Assembly: GCA_036257535.1 (NCBI GenBank) | Contig: DATAFJ010000089.1 | Location: 4,839-68,838 of the forward strand | Source: Vicinamibacterales bacterium | GTDB lineage: Bacteria; Acidobacteriota; Vicinamibacteria; Vicinamibacterales; 2-12-FULL-66-21 | Direction: 5' to 3' | Length of the DNA stretch: 64,000 bases | Made by a program: the position numbers and the translations under genes | The notes under the pieces: generated by a model | Seen by the model: only the letters and a program-made list of their open reading frames with translations | Database searches by the model: none | What the model was told of the DNA's origin: nothing | Shown here: piece after piece, positions 17,593-27,359 of the stretch | Layout of the letters: every line of letters starts with the position of its first letter | How positions within the stretch are numbered: position 1 is the first letter of the stretch

Positions 17593-19689
17593 CTCGGTTC
17601 CCTTCTCGACGATCCCCAGCTGCCAGAAGAGGAATCTCATCTCGTCGGTCAGTCTTTCGATCAGCCTCCCGAGTGGGATGCCGCCGGAATGGCCCGCCTT
17701 CGTGTCGTACTTGAGCAGGATCGGACGCTCCGCTTGCGGAGAGCCGGTCTGATCCTGGAGGAGCGCCGTCATCTTGCGCGCATGAAGCGGCGCGACGCGC
17801 GTGTCGGCGTCGCCGGTGATGAACAGCACCGCCGGATACTTCACACCCTTCGTGACCCGGTGATACGGCGAGTACGCGAACAGGTATTTGAACTGATCCG
17901 GGTCGTCAGCGGATCCGTACTCGGGAACCCAGTAGCCCGCGACGAGGAATTTGTGATACCGCACCATGTCGAGGAGCGGGTAGCTGCAGACGACGGCCTG
18001 GAAGAGTTCTGGCCGTTGCGTGAGAGCGGCGCCGACCAGCAGTCCGCCGTTCGACCCGCCCGAGATTGCGAGCCGTGCGGGCGACGTATACCCGTTCTTC
18101 ACCAGCCACTCGGCCGCGCCGACGAAGTCGTCGAACACCGTCTGCTTTCGATCGAGCATTCCCGCGCGATGCCACTCTTCGCCGAACTCGCCGCCGCCCC
18201 GGAGGCTCGGCAGCGCGAACACGCCGCCGTTCTCGATCCAGAAAGCGGCACGCGCCGAGAAGCCCGGCGTCTGGCTGACGTTGAACCCGCCGTAGCCCGT
18301 GAGCAGCGCCGGGTTGGAGCCGTCGAGCTTCAGCCCCTTCCGGTGCGCCACGAACATCGGCACCTTCGTCCGGTCCTTCGACGCGAACCAGAACTGCTTG
18401 ATCTCGACCGAATCGCCGCTCACCGGGACCTGCTGCCGCGCCCACACGTCGCGCCCGCCGCTCGAGACGATGTAGCGGTAGATCGTCTGCGGCGTTGAGA
18501 GCGAGCTGAACGTGAAGAAGCCCTCGTCGCGCTCCCACTCACCGGAAACGTTGCCGGTGACGCCCACGCCGGGCGTCGTCAGCTCCCCGGCCGCCGTACC
18601 GTCGGGCGCGAATGATCTGATTCGCGTCTGCACGTTCTCCAGGTAGCTCGCGAAGAGGCGTCCCCCCACGGCGCTCAAGTCCGTGATGACGGCGCTAGCC
18701 TGCGGGATCGCCTCGCGCCAGTACGGCCGGGCCGGCCGGTCGAGCTCGACGGCCATGACGCGCTGCTTCGGCGCGTTCCAGTTCGTGCGCAGATAGAGTG
18801 TTCGACCGGCAATCGTCGGGTCGAACGTGGCGTCGATGTCGGTCACGATCGGAACGAGCGGGCCACGTTTGTCCATATCCGCCACGTAGACCTCCGTCTT
18901 CGACGCCGCGGAGCCGTGCAGCACCGTCACGATCAGGAACCGGCCATCATCCGAGAGCGCTGCGCGGATGATCTTTTCGCGCCCGTAACCCTCGCCGAAG
19001 ATTTCCTTGTCGGAGGCCGGGTCGGCGCCCATCCGGTGCACGAAGACCCGCGGCCCGGCGGGCGTCTGCCGCGAATAGTAGAGGAGCTGTCTGTCTCGAG
19101 TGATCGAGACGCCGGAGTAGCGCGCGCGGGGCAGCGCGTCCGGCAGCTCTTTGCGGGTCTCGACGTCCATGACCCGAACCGTGACCTCGTCTTCACCGCC
19201 GGCACGAACGCCGTACACCAGCGCGCTCCCGTCCGGCGAGACATTCATGATGCCGACCGACGTCGAATGGTCGGCGCTCAATGGATGCGGATCGACGAGG
19301 ATCTCTTCGGCAGACTCGCGATTTGACCGCAGATAGATGACCGACAGGTCCTGATCTGCCCGTCGCTTCGTGTAGAAGTAGCGGCCGCCGCGGACGACCG
19401 GTACCCCGATCGTCTCGATCTTCATCAGCTCCGTGAGACGTTTCTCGATGCGCGCCTCTCCCGGCAGCGGCCCGATCACGGCATCGGTGTACTTGTTCTG
19501 CGCCTCGATCCATGCTCGCGTGTCAGGTGCGTCCTGATCTTCGAGCCAGCGATACGGATCAAGAATGTCCACGCCATGCACGCGGTCGACGGTCGCCTCT
19601 TTCCGTGTCGGCGGCGGTTCCGTAAGGGCGGCCGTGCCAGCGAAAAGGACGACAAGTGGTGCCGCGAGAAGGCGCCTGCGTGGGATCAT
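17512..19689 (-). CDS. Prolyl oligopeptidase (S9A).
   Basis: Motifs DPYRWLED and the nucleophile block GGSNGGLL are present. The start is at MIPRRRLL (19689), with a signal-like N-terminus. Confidence 0.9.
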   Translation of the reverse strand: MIPRRRLLAAPLVVLFAGTAALTEPPPTRKEATVDRVHGVDILDPYRWLEDQDAPDTRAWIEAQNKYTDAVIGPLPGEARIEKRLTELMKIETIGVPVVRGGRYFYTKRRADQDLSVIYLRSNRESAEEILVDPHPLSADHSTSVGIMNVSPDGSALVYGVRAGGEDEVTVRVMDVETRKELPDALPRARYSGVSITRDRQLLYYSRQTPAGPRVFVHRMGADPASDKEIFGEGYGREKIIRAALSDDGRFLIVTVLHGSAASKTEVYVADMDKRGPLVPIVTDIDATFDPTIAGRTLYLRTNWNAPKQRVMAVELDRPARPYWREAIPQASAVITDLSAVGGRLFASYLENVQTRIRSFAPDGTAAGELTTPGVGVTGNVSGEWERDEGFFTFSSLSTPQTIYRYIVSSGGRDVWARQQVPVSGDSVEIKQFWFASKDRTKVPMFVAHRKGLKLDGSNPALLTGYGGFNVSQTPGFSARAAFWIENGGVFALPSLRGGGEFGEEWHRAGMLDRKQTVFDDFVGAAEWLVKNGYTSPARLAISGGSNGGLLVGAALTQRPELFQAVVCSYPLLDMVRYHKFLVAGYWVPEYGSADDPDQFKYLFAYSPYHRVTKGVKYPAVLFITGDADTRVAPLHARKMTALLQDQTGSPQAERPILLKYDTKAGHSGGIPLGRLIERLTDEMRFLFWQLGIVEKGTESAGDGRDLGAHPGGFVRLPQRVVDGH

Positions 19690-19699
19690 CTCAGGCCTC

Positions 19700-20656
19700 T
19701 CAATGATCGGAATGCGAAGGATCGTGCTCGACGATGGAGGCGAGGCGTCGTTTCTGGTCGGGCGTGAGGAGGCCATCCTTGGCTTCCACGAACCCGCGCC
19801 ACGCGCGCTCGGAGGCCTGGTTGACCGCTGCAGCGGTGCGCCCCGGCCGCGCGAGCGCGGCGCGAACCTCGCTGGCCGCGGCGTCGCAGCGCTCTTCCAT
19901 CGCCCGTCGCTGCGCGCGTTCGAGCTGCGCGAGGGCATCGATGCGCTTGATCTCCGACGCGCAGCCGTTCTTGGCCGCGAGCGCGAGACCGCGCGCCGCC
20001 TCGAGCCGTCCCTTCCCGACCCACGATTCCGGAAGCCCGGCTCTCAGGTAGGGCAGCACGGGATGATCGTTTGCGAACATACCGTCGGGGTTCTCGAGCC
20101 AGATCCAGGCGTGCACCATCGTCAGGTGCGTGCGACCGTCGCCTCCGCCCAGTTTGCCCCGGGTGATCTTGTTCTCGGTGAGAAACCGGAGCAGCGGTCG
20201 TCCCTCGCTGATGGCACGCGCCAGCTTGACGACGTCGTGAACGTGCCAGTGATCGTCGGACCCCGCGAAGCCTTCGGGCATGGGGTCGGTCGGCCGGCGA
20301 TACGTGGTGTAGGCCACTCCAACGAGCCGGCGCTCGTTCGCGATCGTTGCGTACTGAAGCGTCGACGGGTGATCGAGGGCCAGTGGCTTACGAACGAGAT
20401 CGGACCGGTACCAGTGTTCGCCCATGAGCGGGCCCTCGCTCCCGAACAGCCTGTAGCCATCGTCGCGCGCGACGCCATGATCCCGATAGCGTGCCGTGGC
20501 CAGCCGCACTTCCTCGATCTGGCTGGCAAGACTGGGAGACGCCGCCGGCGTTTTGGCGGGCGGCGGCGTCGGCGGCTCGTGATGCTGGTGCTGCCGCGCG
20601 AATGCGGGCAGCGCCGCGATGCCGAGAGCTGCGAGAACCGACAGAGGTCGCCTCAT
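19700..20656 (-). CDS. Secreted protein of unknown function, rich in His/Trp motifs.
   Basis: It has a signal peptide MRRPLSVLAALGIAALPAFA and motifs GEHWY, DDHWHVHD and MVHAWIW. It is tightly packed between the TetR and POP genes. Confidence 0.6.
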   Translation of the reverse strand: MRRPLSVLAALGIAALPAFARQHQHHEPPTPPPAKTPAASPSLASQIEEVRLATARYRDHGVARDDGYRLFGSEGPLMGEHWYRSDLVRKPLALDHPSTLQYATIANERRLVGVAYTTYRRPTDPMPEGFAGSDDHWHVHDVVKLARAISEGRPLLRFLTENKITRGKLGGGDGRTHLTMVHAWIWLENPDGMFANDHPVLPYLRAGLPESWVGKGRLEAARGLALAAKNGCASEIKRIDALAQLERAQRRAMEERCDAAASEVRAALARPGRTAAAVNQASERAWRGFVEAKDGLLTPDQKRRLASIVEHDPSHSDH

Positions 20657-21330
20657 GCTCGTTCGACAGGTCCAGCACCATTCAGGTTACAGCCGATGTA
20701 GCTGCAAAAGAGAGCCGAGAGTTCGTCAACCAGGCGCTCGTCGTTCAGCTCCGCCGGGTTGAGGCGAAGGTCCTCGAAGAGGATGGCCTCGCGGATCGTC
20801 GCGGCCGTGACGAGGAGCGCAAAGGGGATCGCCTGCTCCGGCGACGGGTGCGCCAGGCGCGCCCGCTTGTCGAGGAGAAGCGCCGTCAGCCGGCGGCGCA
20901 CGACCTGATCGACGCGTCGCGCGCGGGCCCGAAAATCCTCGTCATTTTCGGCGCGGAGATCGAAAAACACCGCACGGAGGAGGCCGGCATTCTGTCGGTG
21001 CGCCCGGACAGCCGCCGCGACGAAGCTGCGTACGACTTCGCCCGGGGAGGCGGTACGCCAGCGCGGGCGGTCGAAGAACGCCGTCCAGAGCGTGATGGCG
21101 GCGGCCGTCTGCTGGACGTCGAGGTAGTCGAGGAGGGCACGTTTGTCGGAAAAGCGGCTGTAGAAGACTCCGATGGAGGTTTTCGCCTCGCGGACCACCT
21201 CCCGGATGGACAGTTCCTCGAAGTGCTTCTTTTGTAAGAGTTTCCGCGCTGTGCCGGTGATGCGGTCGAAGGTCTGCCGGCTGCGATGCTGGCGCGGCCG
21301 TTGGAGCGGCACGCGCGAATTATAGAACAA
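20653..21330 (-). CDS. TetR-family transcriptional regulator.
   Basis: The HTH is LSIREVVREAKTSIGVFYSRFSDKRALL. The start (TTG 21330 or GTG 21312) is uncertain. Confidence 0.85.
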   Translation of the reverse strand: MFYNSRVPLQRPRQHRSRQTFDRITGTARKLLQKKHFEELSIREVVREAKTSIGVFYSRFSDKRALLDYLDVQQTAAAITLWTAFFDRPRWRTASPGEVVRSFVAAAVRAHRQNAGLLRAVFFDLRAENDEDFRARARRVDQVVRRRLTALLLDKRARLAHPSPEQAIPFALLVTAATIREAILFEDLRLNPAELNDERLVDELSALFCSYIGCNLNGAGPVERA

Positions 21331-21344
21331 GAACTCTTGTTCTA
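21323..21344. promoter_or_regulatory. Perfect 10-2-10 palindrome, a candidate TetR operator.
   Basis: TAGAACAAGA-AC-TCTTGTTCTA overlaps the annotated TetR start in an AT-rich patch. Confidence 0.5.
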
Positions 21345-21399
21345 ATTAGTCGACGACCGGGGTCTCAAGCGCGGGTTGAGCCACGCCGCACTCACCTTC

Positions 21400-21420
21400 G
21401 TATATCGGATTCCGATATAC
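21400..21420. promoter_or_regulatory. Perfect 10-1-10 palindrome, a candidate PadR operator.
   Basis: GTATATCGGA-T-TCCGATATAC lies 12 nt upstream of the PadR ATG. Confidence 0.5.
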
Positions 21421-21432
21421 TCCGCCATCACC

Positions 21433-21771
21433 ATGAGGCCACCCTCACTTGCCGTCGTCCACATGTTGCTCGCCCTCAGCGGCGGCCAGCGCCACGGTTA
21501 CGCGATCAAACAGGACGTCGAGCGCCGCACCGGCGGCGACATCCGTCTGGGTCCCGGAACACTCTACGAGGCGATCCAACGCCTCGAAGAGGACGGCCTG
21601 ATCGAAGAGGCGCCCGCGTCGGCGGATCAGTCCGGCCGCCGTGTGTATCGCCTGACACGCGCGGGACGAGCGGCGCTGCGCGTCGAGCTTCGCCGGTACG
21701 ACACGGTGCTCGCGCACGCGCGAACGATCGCACCCGAGCTGATCGATCGGACCTCGGGCGGAGGTGCGTGA
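21433..21771 (+). CDS. PadR-family transcriptional regulator.
   Basis: The product contains HGYAIKQDVERRTGGDIRLGPGTLYEAIQRLEEDGLI. I set the start at ATG 21433. Confidence 0.85.
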   Translation: MRPPSLAVVHMLLALSGGQRHGYAIKQDVERRTGGDIRLGPGTLYEAIQRLEEDGLIEEAPASADQSGRRVYRLTRAGRAALRVELRRYDTVLAHARTIAPELIDRTSGGGA

Positions 21772-24491
21772 TGGGCGGCCGCCTGCGCGTGTATCGAGTG
21801 CTGTCGCGCCTCTATTCGCGGTCGTTCAGGCGGAGTTACGGCGCGGAGCTCGAGGCGACGTTCATGCTCTCGCGTGAGGAACCGCGGTACTCGCGACGCG
21901 GGGGTGAGTGGCTCTTCTGGTTCGATATGCTTCGCGACCTGTCGGTGTCGGTCGCACGTCAACGGATACGACAGGCAGCGTTGGCCGCCTCGCGAATCTC
22001 CCACGAATCTCGCCGCCCACAGACAGGCGGCGGCAAGGTGGACCTCATGCTTCATGACTTCCGTCACGCGCTGCGCGTCGTCTTTCGTCAGCCGGGGTTT
22101 GCTACTGCCGCGGTCCTCTCGCTCGCGCTGGGCATCGGCGGCAGCAGCCTCATTTACGGCCTCGTCGACGCGCTGGTGCTCCGGCCGTTTCCGTATCCGG
22201 AAGCGGATCGTCTCGTGGCGGTCGGCGTCGCTTTTCCGCGGCAGGGCACCGCGGGGGCAGGGGCCCCCGGATCGAGCGGCGCACGACGGTTCATCGAGGT
22301 CCTGTCGCCGGCCGAGTACGGCGACATCCGCGCGGGTCGCAGCTTCGCCCGGACGACGGCCTTCGATCTCGGGAACCGGAATCTCGTTGGCGGCGATACG
22401 CCGGAGCGGCTGTTCACCGCACTCCTGCTCGACGATCCATTCAGCGTCATCGGCATGCGGCCCGCTCTCGGCCGTGGCTTCCTGCCGCACGAGCTCGCAC
22501 CGAACGGCCCGCCGGTCGCCATCATCAGCCATCGAGTGTGGCAGAGCCGCTTCGGTGGCGATTCCGCCATCCTCGGGCGAGCTATTCGCATCGGTGGGCA
22601 GTCGGCCGCTGTCGTCGGCGTCATGCCGCCGGGGCTGCTGCTGCTGGGAACCGACCTGTGGATCCCGTGGGGCGGCGACCAGACGCGGATGCCCCGGAAC
22701 GTCCGTCAGTTCACCGTGCTCGGCCGGCTCGCGCAAGGTGCAAGTCTCGCCAGCGCCAACGCCGAGATGACTGCGATTGCCGGCCGCATCGACCGTGAGT
22801 TCCGGGGCCAGTTCCGCGAGTACGAAGGCTGGCGACTCGAAGCGCGTCCGTGGGCGGCGGCGGTGACGGGCGAGCTTCGGCAACCCGCGCTGGTGATGCT
22901 CGGCGCGGTCATTCTCGTGCTGCTCATCGCGTGTGCGAACGTGGCGAACCTGCTGCTGGCGCGCGCGGCCTCGCAGCAGCGCGACGTCGCCGTTCGTCTC
23001 GCGCTCGGAGCGGCGCGCTGGCGCGTGGCGCGCGAGCTCCTCGCCGAGAGTCTGGTACTCTCGATCGCCGGCTGCGCGGCCGGGCTTGCGTTCGCAGCAG
23101 CCGGTCTCACGATCGCGCCAGAGTTCCTGCCGATGGAGTTTACTGAGATGGGCGCGGACGTCGGCCTCAGCGTGAGGGTCGTGGGTTTCGGCATCGGCCT
23201 CGCGGTGATGTCGGCCGTGATCGTCGGCCTCGTCCCCATTCTCCGGGCCTGGCGCACGGCGCCGCGGGAATGGCTCAAGCTCGAAGGGCATCGCGCCACC
23301 TCCGGCCGCGCCCTCCTTCGCTTCCGGCACGCGTTCATCGTCACCGAGGTGGCGCTCGCCGTGGCGTTGCTCGTCGGCGCCGGCCTGCTGGTCCGGAGCT
23401 TCATTCGCATGCAGGCGACCGATCTCGGATTCGATCCGGCGCGCGTCCTGACCATGAGGCTCACGCTGCCGCGTGAAAAGTACAAGGGTGAAGCGGTGAA
23501 CCTGTTTTTCAACCAGGCAGTGGAGCGCATTGGCGCGCTTGCGGCTGTTGAGCGAGCCGCCGCGGCGTCGCAGTATCCACCGATGGGAGCGTTCGACACC
23601 GCCGTCGACATCGAAGGCGCGGAGGCTGCCGCCGCCGTCAGGCCGAACGCCTTCTTCACGTTCGCGAGCCCCGGATACTTTGCCACGCTCGGCGTGCCGC
23701 TGAAGTCCGGCCGGGCGTTCACCGACAGGGACACGGTTCGCGCGCCGCTCGTCGCGATCGTCAACGAGGCGTTCGCGGCCCGCGTGCTTCGCGGTGAGCG
23801 CCCGATCGGCCGGCGATTGCGCCTTGGCGATTCCGGGCCGGATCGTCAATGGGTGGAGATCGTCGGCGTCGTGGGCGACACGCGTAACCGCGGGGCCGCC
23901 GCCCCGATCGAGCCGGAAGTCTTCCTGCCGGTCAACCAGCAGACGATGTGGAACCAGTTGTTCCTGCTCGTTCGCGCGCGCGGCGACGCGGCGGCGCTGC
24001 TCCCGGCGGTGCGCCGGGAGATCCTTGCGCTCGACAATGAGCAGCCGGTCTACGCGATCGCTACGCTGGAGGACTCGCTCCGCCGGGCAGTCTTTCCGCA
24101 GCGTGTGTCGCTCGCGCTTATCGGGCTCTTCGCAGTGGTCGCGCTCGTGCTCGCCGCGGTCGGTGTTTACGGAGTCATCTCGCATGGCGTCGCCGCGAGG
24201 ACGCAGGAGATCGGCATCCGTATGGCGCTCGGCGCCGATGCGGCGGCCGTTATCCGGATGATCGTGCGGCAGGCCTTTACGCTCGTCGGGCTCGGACTCG
24301 GCGCTGGCCTGGCGCTCGCGCTGCTGGCCGGCCGGGCGCTGACGACGCTTCTCGTCGGGGTGACGCCCAGGGATCCGGGCACGCTCGCAGCGGTTACTGC
24401 GCTTCTGGCCCTGGTCGGGCTCGCCGCGGGGTATCTGCCAGCGCGGCGCGCGGCGCGCGTCCCGCCCTCGGAGGCGTTGCGATATGAATAG
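21768..24491 (+). CDS. Duplicated FtsX/MacB-type ABC permease (ADOP family).
   Basis: The 907-aa product has two FtsX-like 4-TM modules, each preceded by a MacB-like periplasmic domain. Its start overlaps the PadR stop by 4 nt. Confidence 0.85.
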   Translation: MMGGRLRVYRVLSRLYSRSFRRSYGAELEATFMLSREEPRYSRRGGEWLFWFDMLRDLSVSVARQRIRQAALAASRISHESRRPQTGGGKVDLMLHDFRHALRVVFRQPGFATAAVLSLALGIGGSSLIYGLVDALVLRPFPYPEADRLVAVGVAFPRQGTAGAGAPGSSGARRFIEVLSPAEYGDIRAGRSFARTTAFDLGNRNLVGGDTPERLFTALLLDDPFSVIGMRPALGRGFLPHELAPNGPPVAIISHRVWQSRFGGDSAILGRAIRIGGQSAAVVGVMPPGLLLLGTDLWIPWGGDQTRMPRNVRQFTVLGRLAQGASLASANAEMTAIAGRIDREFRGQFREYEGWRLEARPWAAAVTGELRQPALVMLGAVILVLLIACANVANLLLARAASQQRDVAVRLALGAARWRVARELLAESLVLSIAGCAAGLAFAAAGLTIAPEFLPMEFTEMGADVGLSVRVVGFGIGLAVMSAVIVGLVPILRAWRTAPREWLKLEGHRATSGRALLRFRHAFIVTEVALAVALLVGAGLLVRSFIRMQATDLGFDPARVLTMRLTLPREKYKGEAVNLFFNQAVERIGALAAVERAAAASQYPPMGAFDTAVDIEGAEAAAAVRPNAFFTFASPGYFATLGVPLKSGRAFTDRDTVRAPLVAIVNEAFAARVLRGERPIGRRLRLGDSGPDRQWVEIVGVVGDTRNRGAAAPIEPEVFLPVNQQTMWNQLFLLVRARGDAAALLPAVRREILALDNEQPVYAIATLEDSLRRAVFPQRVSLALIGLFAVVALVLAAVGVYGVISHGVAARTQEIGIRMALGADAAAVIRMIVRQAFTLVGLGLGAGLALALLAGRALTTLLVGVTPRDPGTLAAVTALLALVGLAAGYLPARRAARVPPSEALRYE

Positions 24492-24516
24492 GGGCGTGCG
24501 GTAGCATTAGAGGTTC

Positions 24517-27330
24517 ATGGCCGGGTGGGAAGACTTCTCCGGGATCAATCGTGGATACGTGCTCGAGCTCTACGAACGGTATCGCCACGATCCCTCTTCT
24601 GTCGACGACGATACGAGGCGGTATTTCGAGCGATGGTCCCCCCCGGCGGATGAACCTGTATCTGCGGCCCGGCCGCAGGAGGAGCGCCGGTCCGAGCGTA
24701 CTGCCGCGATCGTCGGAGCGGTCGCGCTTGCGCAGTCGATCAGGCGCTACGGCCATCTTGCGGCTCGAATCGATCCGCTGGGAAGCCGGCCCCCTGGAGA
24801 TCCGCTTCTCCTCGAGCGCACGCACGGTGTTACCGAGGAAGATCTGAAGCGTCTGCCGGCCGCCATCATCGGCGGCCCGATCGCCACCGAGGCGGCCGAC
24901 GCTGCTGAAGCGATCGCCGCGCTTCGCAGGGTGTACTGTTCGACGACCGGCTACGATCTCGCGCATATCTTCGTACCGGAGGAGCGCGAGTGGCTGCGCG
25001 AGTCCGTCGAGCGAGGCCGCTTCCGTCCGCCTGCCGCGCCAGTCGACGAACGCGCCCTGCTCGAACGGCTGACCGACGTCGAGGTTCTCGAGCGGTTCGT
25101 CCACCGCAGCTTTCCCGGAAAAACGCGGTTCTCGATCGAAGGGCTCGACATGCTCGTGCCCGTGCTCGACACCGCCATCGCCGGCGCGGCCGACGCGGGA
25201 ATCGGCAACGTGATCATCGGGATGGCCCATCGCGGGCGGCTGAACGTGATGGCGCACGTTCTGGGCAAGCCGTACGAGCAGATCCTCGCGGAGTTCAAGG
25301 ATCCGCTCCAGTCGCGCAGCTTCCGGGAGGACATGGCCTGGAGCGGCGACGTGAAGTATCACGCCGGCGCGTCCCGCTCCATAGCAGACGAGGAGTCGCG
25401 GCTCGTCGTGACGATGCCGCCCAACCCGAGTCACCTCGAGGCCGTCGATCCAATCGTGGTCGGTATGGCGCGTGCGGCCGGTACGCGAGCCGATCAGGCC
25501 GGCGCCCCGAGCTTCGACCCCACGGTATCGCTTCCGGTCCTGATTCACGGCGACGCGGCATTCCCGGGCCAGGGGGTCGTAGCCGAGACGCTGAATCTGT
25601 ATCGGCTGCCCGGGTATCAGACGGGCGGCACGATTCACATCATCGCGAACAACCAGCTCGGGTTCACCACGCTGCCCGAAGAGGCGTACAGCACTTCGTA
25701 TGCGAGCGGGCTCGCACGCGGCTTCAAGATCCCGATCCTGCACGTCAACGCGGACGACGCCGAGGCCTGCGTGGCGGCCGCGCGCCTGGCATTCGAGTAT
25801 CGCGCGCGCTTCCGCCGCGACGTGCTGATCGATCTCGTCGGCTACCGTCGCTACGGTCACAACGAGGGCGACGAGCCTGCCTTCACCCAGCCGCTCATGT
25901 ATCAGCGGATCGCATCGCATCCGACCGTCCGCGAGATCTGGGCTCGAGCACTCCAGGAGCGCGGCGTCGTCGACGAGGCTCTGCCCGACGCGCTCGTCCG
26001 GGAGCGGATGGACGCGTTGCAGAGGACGCTCGACGCGCTCCGGCCGGAAGAGGCGCTCGTCGAGCCGCAACCGGAGCTCGCGCCTGCCGGTGCCGCGAGG
26101 CGCGCGCGCACGGCCGTGCCGCTTGATCGGCTTCGCGCCCTCAACAACGCGCTGCTGAAGCTGCCGGACGATTTTTCAATCCACCGCAAGCTCGAGAAGG
26201 CTCGCGAGCGCCGCCGGCAGGTGCTGGACGACCCGGACGCGCGGACGATCGAGTGGTCGACGGCCGAGGAGCTCGCGCTCGGTTCGATCCTCGAAGACGG
26301 CGTCGCAATCCGGATGACGGGCGAGGATGTTCAGCGCGGGACGTTCAGCCAGCGTCACGCGGTCTTTCACGACGTGAAAACCGGCGCGAAGTACACGCCG
26401 CTCCAGGGCATCCCGCACGCGAAAGCGGCGTTCGAGATCCACAACAGTCCGCTCTCGGAGAACGCCGTGCTCGGATTCGAGTACGGATACAGCATCCAGT
26501 CGCCATCGCGGCTCGTCATCTGGGAAGCGCAGTACGGCGACTTCATCAACGGCGCGCAGGTCGTCGTGGACGAGTTCCTGGTCTCGGCGCGTGCGAAATG
26601 GGGCCAGGAGCCGTCGCTCGTCCTGCTGCTCCCGCACGGCCACGAGGGCCAGGGACCCGATCACGCGAGCGCGCGTCCGGAGCGGTTTCTGCAGCTCGCA
26701 GCCGACGTCAACATTCGCGTGGCGAACTGCACGACGGCCGCACAGTACTTTCATCTATTGAGGCGCCAGGCAGCGCTCCTCGTCGACGATCCGCTGCCGC
26801 TCATCGTCTTGACGCCGAAGAGCCTGCTGCGCCATCCGTTCGTCGCGTCCGCGGCGCGCGAGCTGTCGGAGGGCCGCTGGCGTCCCGTGCTGGACGACGA
26901 AACCGTTGCGAAAGATCAGGTGAAGCGCCTGCTGCTGTGCAGCGGCAAGATCGCCGTCGACCTCTTCACCAGCGACGATCGACAGAGCGCCCGCGAAGCG
27001 GCGATCGTGCGCGTCGAGCAGTTGTATCCCTTTCCGGTCGACGACGTGCAGGCGGCGATCGCGAGCTATCCGGCGGCCACCGACGTGGTGTGGGTCCAGG
27101 AAGAGCCGGAGAATATGGGCGCATGGGAATTCGTCCGGCCGCACCTCGAGGCGCTCGTCGGCCAGCGAAGGCTCGCCGTGCTCGCGCGGCCGCGGTCGTC
27201 GAGTCCGGCGGAAGGATCCGCCGCGCGGCACGCCCGGAACCAGCAGCTGCTCATCCGCCGGGCGCTCAATCCGCAGGGATCGCCCCGCGAAGAAGCCACG
27301 CACGTAACCGAGAACCGGGGCGAGACGTAA
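24517..27330 (+). CDS. sucA: 2-oxoglutarate dehydrogenase E1 component.
   Basis: The 937-aa product carries [17 protein letters not shown] and [18 protein letters not shown]. Confidence 0.95.
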   Translation: MAGWEDFSGINRGYVLELYERYRHDPSSVDDDTRRYFERWSPPADEPVSAARPQEERRSERTAAIVGAVALAQSIRRYGHLAARIDPLGSRPPGDPLLLERTHGVTEEDLKRLPAAIIGGPIATEAADAAEAIAALRRVYCSTTGYDLAHIFVPEEREWLRESVERGRFRPPAAPVDERALLERLTDVEVLERFVHRSFPGKTRFSIEGLDMLVPVLDTAIAGAADAGIGNVIIGMAHRGRLNVMAHVLGKPYEQILAEFKDPLQSRSFREDMAWSGDVKYHAGASRSIADEESRLVVTMPPNPSHLEAVDPIVVGMARAAGTRADQAGAPSFDPTVSLPVLIHGDAAFPGQGVVAETLNLYRLPGYQTGGTIHIIANNQLGFTTLPEEAYSTSYASGLARGFKIPILHVNADDAEACVAAARLAFEYRARFRRDVLIDLVGYRRYGHNEGDEPAFTQPLMYQRIASHPTVREIWARALQERGVVDEALPDALVRERMDALQRTLDALRPEEALVEPQPELAPAGAARRARTAVPLDRLRALNNALLKLPDDFSIHRKLEKARERRRQVLDDPDARTIEWSTAEELALGSILEDGVAIRMTGEDVQRGTFSQRHAVFHDVKTGAKYTPLQGIPHAKAAFEIHNSPLSENAVLGFEYGYSIQSPSRLVIWEAQYGDFINGAQVVVDEFLVSARAKWGQEPSLVLLLPHGHEGQGPDHASARPERFLQLAADVNIRVANCTTAAQYFHLLRRQAALLVDDPLPLIVLTPKSLLRHPFVASAARELSEGRWRPVLDDETVAKDQVKRLLLCSGKIAVDLFTSDDRQSAREAAIVRVEQLYPFPVDDVQAAIASYPAATDVVWVQEEPENMGAWEFVRPHLEALVGQRRLAVLARPRSSSPAEGSAARHARNQQLLIRRALNPQGSPREEATHVTENRGET

Positions 27331-27359
27331 CAGACCGCGCAGTCAAAGGTCCAAGGACA

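Noticed and set aside
21627-24185. 852-aa ORF on the minus strand, antisense to the PadR and ADOP permease genes.
   Set aside because: It is a high-GC antisense artefact with an Arg/Glu/Asp-rich composition and no motifs. The plus-strand permease has clear duplicated FtsX architecture.
26253-27359. The long N-terminal extension of the sucB ORF (ORF 26253..28664), which overlaps sucA.
   Set aside because: The extension is an out-of-frame read-through of sucA and is Arg/Pro-rich. Genuine SucB begins at [14 protein letters not shown] (27360) with the lipoyl domain.
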